Source: Lytechinus pictus (taxonomy: Eukaryota). Taken from it: a stretch of 64,000 bases of DNA. Every line of letters begins with the position of its first letter. Position 1 is the first letter of the stretch. Position numbers and translations under genes: made by a program. This document shows positions 50,284-63,716 of this stretch, piece after piece. The stretch lies in NCBI RefSeq assembly GCF_037042905.1, contig NC_087245.1, forward strand, positions 29,574,001 through 29,638,000. Direction: 5' to 3'. The notes beneath the pieces were generated by a model. That model did no database searches and was not told where the DNA came from. It saw only the letters and a program-made list of their open reading frames with translations.

Positions 50284-50819
50284 AGCATATTCAGACCATG
50301 GACTTGTAGGTCCATGTTTAGACCGACCCGATCATTGGAATACCCATGAATTTACAACTTGTTCAGGCTTTAATAAAATACGAGATAATTATTTTCTGCA
50401 TTCATACTACCAGAAGCAAACCCTATCAGGTGAAGTTCTTGAAGTGACAAACATGCACAGTCTGGTCTGATTAGCAGGTGAGGACCGGAGCTAGTTTAGC
50501 AATACGTGGCGCCTACCCCCAACTGGCAGGTGGGACAACAAATTTCACATTATTTTTCTTTCACATTGCGAAAATACCTACGAACTTGAAAAATCCCTAC
50601 ACAAGTTCTTGTCATATAAAAATAAGGCCTATCTACATGTACTATTTATCGGTTATTTTTAGGGAACACTACATTGACTACAAGTGTTTTGCTTTCATGT
50701 TGTCAACAAAAAATACCTGGTGTTTTTTGGGGGGGTCAGGGTAAATCAGGGTAATTTTCCCAATCAAAGCATACATATACCTAGCATTTTTTAACTTCAA
50801 GTCGGTCTGAACACACCTT
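50284..50819. mobile_element. Harbinger-like MITE (ttcagaccg family)
   Basis: Ends agcatattcagac..cgaccc / gtcggtctgaacacacct. Collinear with the 46570 copy. Confidence 0.7.
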
Positions 50820-50923
50820 CAAGCTCATTCTCCATCAGCCCAAGTTTGATCAATCATGAGATCCTAGCCTGGACCCAGTACACCTTAGCGATTGTGGCCC
50901 TGATTCTACAATTGATTATTGTG

Positions 50924-51280
50924 TTTTTTTCCTTAACCCCAGGAAATTGGTGTGGCTAAGGGGGGTCTTAGCCCCCCCCCCCCCCCATTTCCTGGGGTTA
51001 AGCTTAGCCCACATCACTTTCACACTACGATTTAGCAAAGTGGGCTAGCACGGAATATAGTACGGTACTATCTGGCCCTGCAAAAAAGCAGGGTTAGCCG
51101 GCTTATTGTGGTGCTAAGAGATGCAGTGTGAAACGAAACTGGGCTAAGGAAAAGTGGGGCTAAGCATTAGCTAATCACAGAAGTCGAAATCGCACATTAA
51201 TCACGCTCTGTATGGTAAGATCAGTAATATTCAAGAGCTGTGTGATGGTCCGGGGTTAAAGCGTTAACCCCGGCTAAGCA
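50924..51280 (+). mobile_element. Partial copy of the ggggttaag MITE
   Basis: High identity to 24502-24872. Confidence 0.85.
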
Positions 51281-52190
51281 AGTTTATATTGTTGTGTTTT
51301 ATTGCTTTTATTGCCCCCCCCCCAACGAATAAAAATCATACAAACAAAAAGTACACACACAAAATAATTCATGAGAGCCATTTCTCAATTTGAAGAGCCA
51401 TTTCTTAAGATGCCTGAGCCATTTTTATAATTTACAAAAGAGAAAATATCATTTGTATCAGTTTGACACATTTTTTATTGGTCATGTCGGACCAGCAAAT
51501 CTGGCTATTTCTGAAAAGTTACTGGTCCGACAGCAATTGTGATTTAATGTTTTTTAAACCAACAATGCTTCCAAAAAGAGACTTTGTTTTGAATCTCTTT
51601 TTACCAATAATAATCAACCAACAAATAAGTTGGCATAAACATAAACCTTGGTTAAATCATAATTGAGTGCTAAATGAATTTTAATTTTTGTTTAACAATA
51701 GCTGATCAAGAACGTTGAGTTGGTCAAACAAACTTCAGTGCACACACAATATGGAAGCTGAGCTGCCAATTGTGTATGATTATGTGACTCATATTTTGGT
51801 TGCAATAATTGGCAGGAGAAATCATCATGCACAAGCCAATGATTTGGCATGTATGACAATTTGCATACTTTACGCCTTGAGGTTCATGTAGAACTACGAT
51901 GCAAAAGATAAAACATTGAGCTCAATACATCAGTGATATCCCAATAACCTTTCAGTAAAACCACATCTAAAATGAAGATTTCAAACCACATCAGGACCCA
52001 CTGCTGATTTCTCCTGATTCTATGAAGTCAGATGTTCTCTACCCCGACGACCCTCAATACATGCTTGTTTCTGGGATGTGTTCACATTTGTTTGCCTATC
52101 CGTGTTAGGGATGAAACCCCTTCTGGGACTGAGATGGTTTTAGATAGTATATTTGATTATAATTATACGCAAAAAGTCTGTTCCAAGTTT

Positions 52191-52857
52191 AACAAGTGGA
52201 ACGCCTCTGGCAGTCTCGTCTGCATTACGCAATTCGATATAGCAGCAGACTTGAAGACAGCTATTGAATAATAATTCTCAAAAGTAGACATTCATATGAT
52301 AATAAAATATCATGTCCATTGCCCCAAAATGATCTTTGACCATGATCATGTGATCTAAGATGTGCAAAACAAGCATTTATACTTGATTACCCTTATGTCT
52401 TTGTTTCATGAACTAGATCCATAACCTTAAAGTTATGATGCCAATTCAACAAATACCCCAACAGGACCAAAATTCATTGACCCTAAATGACCTTTGACCT
52501 TGGTCATGTGACCTGAAACTTGCACAGGATGTTCAGTGATACTTGATTATTTTTACGTCCAAGATTTATGAACTAGCTCCATAAAAAATTAAAGTTATGA
52601 TGGAAATTCAACAAATACCCCTACCATGCCCAAAGTTCATTGACCCTATTAATGAACTTTGACCTTTATAGTCATGTGACATGATACTTCATTACCCTTA
52701 TGTGTAAGTTTCATGAACTAGGTCCATATACTTTAAAGTTATGATGCCATTTCAAAAACATAACCTTAGGTTAAGATTTGATTTTAACGCCCGCACTGCC
52801 GTCGGAAAAGGCGGCGCCTATTATAGTCTCACTCTGCTATGCAGGCGAGACAAAAAC
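52191..52857 (-). mobile_element. Helentron-associated element (HINE/DINE-1-like) with about 160-bp internal tandem repeats
   Basis: Boundary aacaag. The motif gtctcg(t/c)ctgca occurs near both ends in inverted orientation. Terminal hairpin gtctcactctgc..gcaggcgagac followed by A5. About three tgacctttgacc..catgtgac units. Confidence 0.8.
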
Positions 52858-53338
52858 TTGAAAGCAATGCTGTTTCAGTATATAAGATGGGTTGTATGAG
52901 AGAAGGCTTCTGATTGGTCAATTGCCCTCTTTTTGCAATTACGTAATCCAGTATATGGCCACGATTGTGACATACACCAGCAATTTCTGCACGGTAGCTT
53001 GTGTACAAAACCTCATCTGCGATATTTTTTCATTTCAATAAACATTTGCTATTTTGTTGTACAACACCTTGGAATTTAGCGAAAATGTGAGTTTTTCCCT
53101 AACATGATTAATCTATGAAAAAGGAACAAAAAATATTGAAAGCAAATAGCAAAATCCCACAAGTGCAAATGAAATCTAGGGCAGCTGTCATGTGCAGCTA
53201 GCCAGCAGGCCACAGCAGTATTACACCTTCATTTTTTACTGAGCGCAATGAATTGAATCGTATTGTGACGTCACCTCCTAAAGCCATGCAACGGTCAGAT
53301 AAATGTTGATACAATTACAAGTCAGAAGTGTCCCAATC

Positions 53339-53532
53339 TTATATAACACATAGTATGCTAATTGTTGTTCAATATACAATATCATTCGCATACATAAATT
53401 TCAAATTTCTCTTGTGCATTTATATTTGAACTCGGCCTGCGGCCTCGTTGAAATGTAACACACACAAGAAATTTGAAATCTATGGACACTCATGGTATAT
53501 TGAACTCCTTAGCATGCACTAGATGTTTATAT
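53339..53532. mobile_element. Palindromic Crypton-like non-autonomous element
   Basis: Imperfect inverted arms of about 85 bp (ttcaaatttct.ttgtg / cacaagaaatttgaa; gttcaatatac / gtatattgaac) around the centre ctcggcctgcggcctcg. Confidence 0.65.
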
Positions 53533-53865
53533 GTACATGTACATGTACATGTAAGTCTTAATATTGCCTTATTGGGAGTTTTTAAAAGTTTGTACTGGAG
53601 AATATGATCCCTAATTGCAGGAAATTGTGACATTTGTAGAGAGTAAAGGTCCTCTGTCTACTCATCTATTTGAGGTCTTTATTTGGATTGATAGTTGGCA
53701 TTTCAATTGCACGATTCGCATTGCACAATTCGCATTGTGCCAAGTGGAAGGGCTCATGGACATATATCATGTACTACTGAAGCCCAGTTCTGAGCCTTCA
53801 TGGAAAAAGGCTTCATATATTCCAAGAACATCACAAATCGTTGTCAGTGCAAGAATGCCCTTACC

Positions 53866-54417
53866 CAGTCAGTCCGCAAGCCCCTGTGTTAATGAGCAAA
53901 TGAGCAAGATTTATCAAGTTCTCTCATGGCTGAATTCATGTCCCTGCAAAATCTCGTGAATTGTGAGACTTTCTTTCTCAAAGAATTTAACCACTTTTTC
54001 CTTGAGTAATATTGATTATTTTTGTACCATGGGCAAGAATAAATGTTACTCTTTTATATTGGTCATTTCTTTTTTATGAAATATTTTGATAAATAAGTGA
54101 ATTTTTTACCTGAAAAGATGCATCAAACAGAATTTTCTTCCTCTGTTTTCACTTGCAAATTGTGCAACATTTTGTGTTTTAGGCACCAACATTATTTATA
54201 TTATCAGAAAGCTCAAACTCTATACTTTCTTACAATGTCACTCTTGATATGTGGCATCTCTTAGATGGGTCAGCAGCAGCGTGGCCAGTGAAAAAAATCA
54301 AATTATGCCAGAGAAGCAGCGAAATTATGCTAAATCACGAAAAATTATGCCAAACCGTTTTGGACCCTAGGATTTTCCACAGGGGGGGGCAAAACCGTCC
54401 GCCAAAAAAATTTGACA

Positions 54418-54452
<35 letters not shown>

Positions 54453-55435
54453 AAAAAAAGGTCTTCAATCACAAATAAAGGATTTCGTACCAGAAGATAA
54501 ATAATTGACAAGCAAAAAAAAAAAAAAAAAAAAAGGTCTTCAATCTTCAAATAGATCAAATATGCTAAATATGCTATTTTTATGCAAGATTCTTTGCTTA
54601 AAACAGCCTGATTATGCCCCAAATTATGCTGAAAGGGTCGAAATTATGCCAGAAAAAAAGTATAATTATGCCAGAATTATGCCGGCATAATGAATTATGC
54701 TGAAAGGGTCGAAATTATGCCAGAAAGCATAATTATGCCAGTTCTGGCAACGTTGGTCAGCAGCCAGCTTTTTCCATCAAGATGCAAGACGAGATTTCTG
54801 AAATTTCTGAGTAACATAAAATCCAGAGTTCTGATTGGCTGAATACTGTTTTCAAAACAAACAGGCGTGGGTAATTTGAAAAGATTACCACATGGTGAGT
54901 GTGACCTTGCAGAGGCCCCGTGTGGGGAACATCGGAATTTGCGTGGGTGTGTGGTCTCTATGACCAATCAGAGCGCAGTATTCTTGTTTTGGAGCTGCAA
55001 AATGTACTTGGCCTATGAAAAGCTGGCTGCTGACCCATCTAAAATACATCTTCTTATAAAAATTATATCATATTAAAGCTTAGATCTTCAGCTTTATCAT
55101 GATCTAAAAATCATTTGTGCCCAAACAGAAATTAAGTGTGAAAACAACAACTTTTGTTGCATGAAAAAAAATATTTTGTTTCATGTTTTAGATCAAAAGT
55201 TTTTCCTATATTACAACATTCTTTTAAAAATCCAAACACATGACCTGAAAGAATTATTCTTCTTCTTTACAAAGATACCAAAAACATGAAATTTGGTCAA
55301 TATTTAGAGCAGCAATGGCCGAATAAAAAGAGGTGTTTTGGTTCGCACCAAGCTCATTAACTATGCAAAAACCCTCTAGTCATGAATATCACTTGGATAA
55401 AAGAAGCTACTTTTTCAGGGCTTGCGGACTGACTG
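53866..55435. mobile_element. TIR element with a 4-bp TSD, superfamily unassigned
   Basis: TIR cagtcagtccgcaagccc / gggcttgcggactgactg. Flanks tacc at 53862-53865 and 55436-55439. Confidence 0.8.
54277..54755. mobile_element. hAT-type MITE with aattatgc repeats, nested
   Basis: TIR cagcgtggccag / ctggcaacgttg. Perfect 8-bp TSD gtcagcag at 54269-54276 and 54756-54763. Confidence 0.9.
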
Positions 55436-57478
55436 TACCACCACACTTTCGCTCATCGCATGCACACAAAAAAGTTAATGGCACACATACATGTACAGGC
55501 ATTGCATAAGGATGTTTTTTCACCGATGGTGTTTGCGAAAATGTTCTGCTATGGGCGTTCTTGCACCAACATGACAAAATGTGTGTATTCTTCTTCCATG
55601 AAATAAAGTTATTCATAATAACCGCACAGACAATGTTGGACCTACTTATCCAGAATTCATTTCCTATATCTGAAAGTATGAAAATGGACAAGAATTCCAA
55701 GGATATTGTCTTTTAGCCATGCTTCTAAATGGCAAATCCTTGGGACGGGTTCACGCCATATGCCATAAACTGGAGACACTCAGTTTTCTGTTTTATAAAT
55801 TTCCCATTTATAATGATAAAGCAATTTTAAAATGAGAAAATCTTAGAAAAAATAAGTTTCCATGCAGATAAAGCTAAAGCTACTAGTATGTAAACATGGC
55901 GAACAGGTTTGAGGAGTACGGTACATGTATATTTTTCACTTTTGCAGTTTTGATTTATTAGATTTTTATTTGATTTTCAAGATTTTTCTCTGCATTTTGG
56001 TCTGGAAAATTGTGTTTCCTGAGGAATTCTGTGAATTCTGTTCTCCTGAGATCTGTGAAAGTTGTCTGTTATCCGTGTCACAAAAAGACTGGGAACTCTA
56101 TCAACCATAGGTCAGGTCACAGATCTTAATCATTTATAAAACCCTAGGAAAGAAATTTTATTTCAAAAAAAGCCTCAGTTCAGACTTGGACTACAAAAGT
56201 GGTTCGCTTTCTGGAATTATCATAGCAATATATCAACATAGCTCTCATGAACAAATTCATAAAACAGAAGCTGGGATTGACTACCTTGGCATTCATCACC
56301 AAAATTTGTAGGTCATCAGGTACATGTATTTAGTACTATCATCAATTTGATAACAATTTGTACATGTATGTGTTTTTGTCTTTCTGGTTGTGCTCATGTG
56401 TCGTGAGTACACCAACCCCTCCCCCTTAACCTCCCCCCACCCACTTCAATCTTTTAATCACAGACTTAATGTTCTAAAAAAACTAAAACAAAGAAGAGCT
56501 GTATGAACACATTGCACTGTAAACTGACACTGATAAAAGTTGAACAGCAGGAATTGCAGCAACAGCAGGATATCATGCCAAATGGTTTGCGAGTCATTAC
56601 TACTCAGGGTCCATCCGACGTACGAACACAATGACTAAAACCCTATTAAAGGGCCTGCAACATCAGGCTAGGCGAGTACAATAACTTCGCATAAATCTGT
56701 GTAATATTCCTAGATGCATTCGCCCCATGCACAAACACAGAATACTTGGGCACTTCCTGTGATATATAGCGCTTTGGTCTAAATCTATTATGTATCGTTG
56801 TCACGGTCAAATTCATATACGTACTGTAGTCATATGTAAAACTAACTTTGCACTACTAGACAGTATCAGTGAATCATTAGTCTATAAAGTCATAGGAGGA
56901 GTCTATTATGTACATGCAATAAGGCCTATTTGTTTTGTTTTTCATTGGGCTGCACTCTATCAAAATTTATCTTTTTTAGGGGGGGGGTGGAAGGGTGGAA
57001 GGCTGGAAGGGGCAAGGCTACACGAAGCATGGTCGCCTGCATCTGCGGCTAGTTGGCACTTTTGAGAATACATCCCTACATATTTTTAACATATAGTTAT
57101 GACACCCAATATGCACTACCTGAAAATTCTGAGACACCCTGTACAAATAGTTCACTAAATAAATTTCAAATCAAGATGGCGCTGTTTATCTTATCGCAGA
57201 ATAGGATGCATAATGTGAGAAAACGAGAAGGGATGCGAATCGAATGCTGCTCGAGTTCTCCTAGATGGAAGGCTCAAATAATTCACCTTTTTTCTCATCA
57301 GGTCAACCTTTCATGGATTGGAATAAACAGCATCGACAAGTTCATGAAAGGGGTATTAATGTGCCTTCAAAAAGATACATGTACATGTATACATGTACAT
57401 GCAGAGCTTTATATCACAAACACAGCAGCATGACCCCAAAGAGTCACCTCACTATATCATGTGTGTGGTCTGTGCAGG

Positions 57479-57883
57479 GGTTTATTTCCAATTCGTCTAA
57501 TGCCAATTCGTCCAATTGCCTTGGAACTCGTCTACTACCATTTGGTCTATCATCAGTTCTTCTACTCGCCGCATGGTCTACTTTCATATAGTCTAATGCC
57601 ATTCCGTCTAATAACCAGTTGGTCCAATAGCTATTTCCTCAATATACCATTTGGTCTAATTAAACTAAAAGTTAAATGTGCAAAATGAATGAAAAGAAAA
57701 TGGGTATTAGACCAACTGGTTATTAAACGAAATGGTAATAGACGAAATAGTGATTAGACATAGTGATGATTGGACCAAATGGTTGTTAGACAAAATGTTG
57801 ATGGATGGAATGGCATTAGACTAAATGAAGGTAGACCATGTGGTGAGTGGACGAGTTGGCAGTGGACGAATTGGCAATTTACC
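57479..57883 (+). mobile_element. Foldback-like MITE, third copy
   Basis: Ends GGtttatttcc...ggcaatttaCC. 8-bp TSD tgtgcagg / tgtgcatg. Confidence 0.9.
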
Positions 57884-58275
57884 TGTGCATGAACGTCCCT
57901 GGTCTGTGCATCCCAACATTTACATACATGTACACATGTACTCACAAAGTATTGTTTACCAATAACCTCAATCGTACAGATTGTGAACTTAACAAAATAG
58001 AGTACATGATTTCATCTGTAATTTGCCACCCCTATGTAGTTATATATTAGAAATATGGCTTCTCATATGACATCAGCTGCACACATTCTAAAATCTCTGT
58101 CATTACAAAATAACACATATTAATAAGTCCTACAATTTTCAAATGCATCTGTCACCTTTGACATTGTGACCCAAAAGCTATTCTAAATCTGACTTGGGAT
58201 GAAGTCCAATGCCAAGGCCTGCAAAATGTGGTCTCAAGAAATTTAAAGAATGGAATATCCTGTCTTGGGCATTTA

Positions 58276-59104
58276 GGGTGCGTTTATCCGCCACTTTTTT
58301 ACCCTAGAATCATGATTTGAATCATGATTCAAATCATGATTCTGCAGAATCACGATTGCGTTTAGTCGAAATTGAATATAATCATGATTAGAATCACAAA
58401 CATGAAACACGAAAAAAGGGGTGTTTGGAAAGACGTTTCTGCAGAATCACGTACGAAAATGTTCGAATAAACGATATCGTGATTACAATCATGATTATAT
58501 GACCTCACTGTTGTGTCGGGCTACTTTCGGTTTGACTATTGCCAAGCTCAAGGCGCTCTATATGCTCATTGTATGTACATGACTATGAATTCATTTCTTG
58601 TCATGTTCAAGTTCTGTGTTGGTCATCGCATCGTCCACTACTTTTCATTTTTTGGTCATGTCTTCAACTTCAAGTTCTAGTAAATGAATTAACTGGACAG
58701 ACAATGATCTCAGTTGTTGTTGAGTATACAGTATCAATATCAAATTGGATCTACGCTGAAATGGGGCTGAAATTCACTTCCGAACACCATTTTGGATAAA
58801 CTAACAAGATGAATAGAAGCATATGGACCCTTTATGATAGAAGTAAACAAAATGAGGTATAGACTGAATTCTGATGGAAGCAAAAGAATTTTCGAGAGCC
58901 GAAACACGTGCGAAAAACTTCCTCTGTCAAACTGCGCACTAGTGATGCGCACTGGATTGGCCCGAATCTGAGGAGAAACAGCATTGGAATGAAGGTCGTC
59001 TAAACGCTGATTCTGTGATATTGTGATTCATGTTTGTGTTTTGAATCATGATTCAAATCATGATTCAAATCATGATTCTGGCTTGAGGTCGCATAAACGC
59101 AGCC
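58276..59104. mobile_element. PIF/Harbinger non-autonomous element
   Basis: TIR gggtgcgtttatccg / cgcataaacgcagcc with a TTA TSD on both sides. Palindromic aatcatgatt subterminal arrays. Confidence 0.9.
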
Positions 59105-60419
59105 TTAGTCATTTTCATATTAGAAGGTGCACAATGTGGAACTGATAACCATAATTCCATATCTCTTTCTTGTTTTCCTTTCTCAACTATTAAAATGGTA
59201 GACAAGCTTTATAAAGGTCTGATATCACACCCTACCCTACTACTAGTTGGGGGCAGCACTAGTGCAATGATTGTCAGCTAGACTTATTGCCAGAAACATG
59301 GATGGTTGTGCAATGGTAAATTCAGGTTCTGAAGGTTTTGGCCTTGGCGCAATGTATCTGCATGATTGAAGGAGTCACGTACATCGAGCTGGCGCACTGC
59401 ACCGCCACACAAGAACTTTTCTTGGGTACGTCACACTCATATCCAAACATTACACCTTCAGTGTGTAAGCGTATTACGCTTCATTGCATCACTATGAAAA
59501 ACATAATAAGTGATTTATTCAGAAAAAAGGTTGGAAAGAATGGGTTGCAAACAAGGTAATGCAAATTGCAGCTTTAGAAATCATTCAACGGGATCATAAT
59601 ATCGACCCTACTTTCTACAGTGTACGTCATTTTATGCGTCTCTCTCCATTAAAAAATGAAAAATTTGCACTCTCAAGTACTATTTGTCTTTTCCTGCATC
59701 TATCTCTATCCCCACTCTCTATTCTTCCAGATTTGGAAATTGATATATCTATGTACATGTATTGCCAAACGAGGTATGTGGAACAATGAATTTATTGAAT
59801 ATTCGAGGTGAAATCAGTCATTGGCATTGGGTGATATTGGGTGATAACTGAGATTGATGTAACTTCAGCACATGTACAGTATCTAGATAATCAGCACGAT
59901 TCAGGCTTTTTTGTATCAAAAGTAGATATATATAAAAGTAATAAATACATTGGTCAACTTTTGATGAACATCCATAAAAGAATAAGACAGTTTTGAATGT
60001 TCAATGTTTTTTTAATTTTGTGACGTCATAAGCGAGCACCTGAGCAACTCCCCCACATATATTTCATAAATTCTCATTTTTCTATTTTTATTGTAAAATG
60101 GGGTATGAAATAATTTGTCAGATGATACATCCACAGCACAAATAAAGCCCTTTAAATTTTTTTGAGAAAAAGGCTTTTTGTTCATTTATCCTTTGTCTTA
60201 ACAGCTTGCTTGTGCACCAATACATGTAGGTCAGTATTTTGAGATTTCCCTCTTGAATGCCATGATTGAACAGTTTCAAGAGAAGGTTGTCAAAACTGTC
60301 AAACAAAAACAAAAAAAGTGGACATTTACCCTCTTTTCCTGTAACCCGACTATTAAAATAGCCTACTATATTCTAAATCAGACCAACTCATTCATGAATT
60401 TGAGAATCACATGTGACAA

Positions 60420-60840
60420 GTGTTCATGTGTATGAAGCAGGAAGAATAGAAAAGGGCAGCTACCCTTGGTAACTTAGTTCAACGCACTGCCCTTTCTCAA
60501 ACGGCTGCACTTTTGGAGGCCATTGTCTACTCTGTTGGTCAATTCAGCAGTGGATGGAAAGGGGAGCGAGAACAGAAAAGCGGCAGAGAGCAGGGGCACA
60601 GGAGAATGAGCGCAGCCCTCAAAAGATGTGTGCACACGTCTTCTGAATGTATATTTGCCTTCATTCTGTGGTAATATGCAGATGTCGCTGTAAACAAGAG
60701 AGGGAGGGAGGGAGGGATGTGGCCGGCAGCAGAGCTGATATTCAAAGCTTGGCAACAAGAACAATTGGTAAGCAAGGCAGGAGAAAAAGTGCAAGTATTT
60801 ATTGGCAATATAAGATGATCCCAGGCTTCTCCTGACAAGA
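60420..60840. promoter_or_regulatory. GC-elevated unique island, enhancer-like
   Basis: Repeat-free. Sox-type (ccattgt, aacaat), Fox-type (gtaaaca) and TCF-type (ttcaaag) motifs, and (GGGA)n. Confidence 0.3.
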
Positions 60841-61846
60841 TGATATATATGTCAATGAACACCTACACCTATCCTACTCGCACTTCAATGCAGGCCTGCA
60901 TGTATGCATGTATGCATGGATGGGCCAAACAAAATATTATGAGCCCACGAATATACCCACCAGGAAAGAAGTCCCCATCCCTTGCCAAAACACTATTCAA
61001 TCAATTGGTTATAAAATTGAACTGAAACAATAGATTTAACCAACAAAAGCATGAACAATGAAAAAGTTTTTTTTTTAATGAATGAATAAATAAAATCACA
61101 AATAAATATCAAACAAAATATCAATAACCGATGTACAATAAAATGAAGAAATTAATAATAATCAAATCAATCAATTAATCTTAAATTTAAAAGTAAATGA
61201 ATGCATAAAAATTGTAGAAATATAAATTAAATAGATATTGAAAAAAAAATTCAAATTCATTTGATATTTCTGAAAAAAAAATTGAATACTGAATTCGGAT
61301 TTAAATTCATATTTTCAGTGTAGGCCTGCATATGTACAGGCCCTCCCCCCAAAAATTAAAGTTGTTTATAGGCCTAATTTGTATAATTATCATAATACAT
61401 TATAAAGCACAGAGCCATGTACAATTTAATCATGCTGCACAATACACTCTCTTTTATCATCTATCTCAAAAAGCAAATGGATTTTGCTCCATGCAAGCTA
61501 CCAATATTTGGAACACTGTCCATTTCTTAGCACATGATGCCCATGCATGATGATGAACGGCACTGCGCTCAGGCAACAAATCGAAAATGGTAAAGGTCAT
61601 GAGAGAAACTGTGCTGGGGAGGAGAGGGAGAGAGAGTGAGTAGTAACACCATCCCATGGAAATGCCAGGACTTGCTTTATAACATCATTATGTATGAGTG
61701 TACTAACATTACCAATGGACTCTGCCAGGAGATCAGTGGTTGGCATGGAAACCCAAATTGATGTGTATCCCATTCATCGGGATAGTCTGCTCAATCCAGA
61801 CATCAAGTTGAGTAATCAAACTTTTACTGGAAATCATTGTCATGCC

Positions 61847-62426
61847 CCCGTGGGGGCCACTTCCATTGACGAGTGGATACCATGCGCGACCATGGGGTCT
61901 CGGAAAGCACCCTAAACACGTATTTTCCATATTCTGAAAATGCACCCCTTAACAAGTATTGGCGTCTGAAACCCTACCCTTAACAAGTATTGGGAACAAA
62001 ATGATACTCTTAATTGGCAAGTATTCCCTGAAATGAACCCCTAAACAAGTACAGGAATATTTTATTATTATGTCACGGGTCCTTCGGTCGTTGGTTTTAC
62101 CTTTACACATCATTTGGTTTAGTACGACCCCACCTTCCACACCTCGTGCAAATCGGACTCTAAACACGTAGTGTTGGGGCAAAAAGGACATCCTTTATAA
62201 AACATTTTAATTTTGTTTTATCATCCCCGCAAATTTGACCCTAAACACGTAACTTTCCTAGCGAAATAGATACCCTTTTTACATTATTTTTGTGTTTTTG
62301 AAACCCTTATCACGTTACGTACGTAACGTGCCCTGTCTTAAAAAAGACATCCTTTTTACATGTTTTTTGGGTCGCGCATGGTATCCACTCGTCAATGTAA
62401 GTGGCCCCCCCCCCCCCCCCCCCGGG
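61847..62426. mobile_element. Poly-G/poly-C-ended MITE, young
   Basis: Near-perfect inner TIR ggccacttccattgacgagtggataccatgcgcgacc. 8-bp TSD gtcatgcc at 61839-61846 and 62427-62434. Internal accc(c)t(a/t)aaca(c/a)gta repeats. Confidence 0.9.
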
Positions 62427-63110
62427 GTCATGCCACAAACATGATATCGCAAAACAAAATTGGTATATATATATATATCAAAACAAACTAGAGGTATACA
62501 TGAAAAAATTTGTTTTTGCAAAATAAAATAAAATAAATTTGAAACAATATTTAGATTTGTTTTTTGCCCCCCCCCCCCACCTCCAAAGGAAAAAAAATCA
62601 GATTCCAAATATATGAAGAGAAATTAGTGGTCCTATTTATGAAACTGTCCACTACAGTATTTAAATATCCATGAAAAAAAAAATCTTTTCATATTCGCCT
62701 GGAACAATTTGACAATCATAATACCGATTTCATATCTGTGCAATGGGTAGGCCTGGGACTTTCAGGTATTTTTGTCTTTGGGTACCCGTGGTAATTTTCG
62801 GGCGGGTACCCGAAAATCATGTCACATGAAATATTGACTGGTAGAAAAAACCCATAAGTGACATCATCCAGCCACTGCGTCGCAAGCCAATTTATGAATG
62901 AAAATATAGTATAAAGCATGCGCAGTGCAAGCCTCCCGTGCCCCACGCAGTATTCCATTGAAACAAGTCTGCAATACTCCGTCCCCTTGTACCAAAATAT
63001 ACCTAGAATTCCACTTTCCTATATTTCATATGAATTATGAAAGGTATTCTCGGAGGATCTGTTTTCTCACTGATACCACACAGGTAAGCCAATTTTGATT
63101 ACTTTTTGTT

Positions 63111-63643
63111 TTTCCGTCAAAATCTTACGAAGTAGCGTCGATATTACATCGTGTTCGTGAGTTTGTAGAATCTATCGATACCTGTACATGCTTAAAGTCA
63201 ATTGATTTCCGGGTTTCGGAGCATCGAATGCCCCAGCCAATCACGATTGTGTTACCATTTTCGGTTTATGATGAACTGGAAATGGTAACACGAACGTGAT
63301 AGGCTGGCGCTTCGTATGCTCAAGCTGCAAAAGAAACATGGCGACGATTGAACAATCTCAGTCACATCATCACTTTCCATCAAAATCTTACGAACTAGCG
63401 TCGATATTACATCCTGTTCGTGAGTTTGTAGAATCTATTGATACCTGTACATGCTTTAATAAAGTCAATTGATTTCCGGGTTTCGGAGCATCGAATGCGC
63501 CAGCCAATCACAATTGTGTTACCATTTTCGGTTTATGATGAACTGGAAATGGTAAACACGAACGTGATAGGCTGGCGCTTCGTATGCTCAAGCTGCAAAA
63601 GAAACATGGCGACGATTGAACAATCTCAGTCACATCATCACTT
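63111..63643 (+). repeat. Tandem duplication of about 263 bp inside the hAT element
   Basis: tcaaaatcttacgaa.tagcgtcgat...cagtcacatcatcact occurs twice, nearly identical. Confidence 0.95.
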
Positions 63644-63716
63644 AAAAACTTGTATATCTATGGATATTTCGAGGGTAATTGGTGAGATTCAAAATGTGAC
63701 TTGTGTACTTTTGTGA
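63438..63716 (+). pseudogene. Possible decayed BED zinc-finger remnant of the hAT transposase
   Basis: Translation ...PFSVY...FVCSSCKRNMAT...HHHLKTC has a CxxC...HL spacing like zf-BED and lies inside an hAT element. Confidence 0.4.

Noticed and set aside
50915-51300. Retroposed MITE fragment with a 13-bp TSD and poly-A tail
   Set aside because: The T-run is also present in the 24502 copy, and the flanking match is low-complexity.
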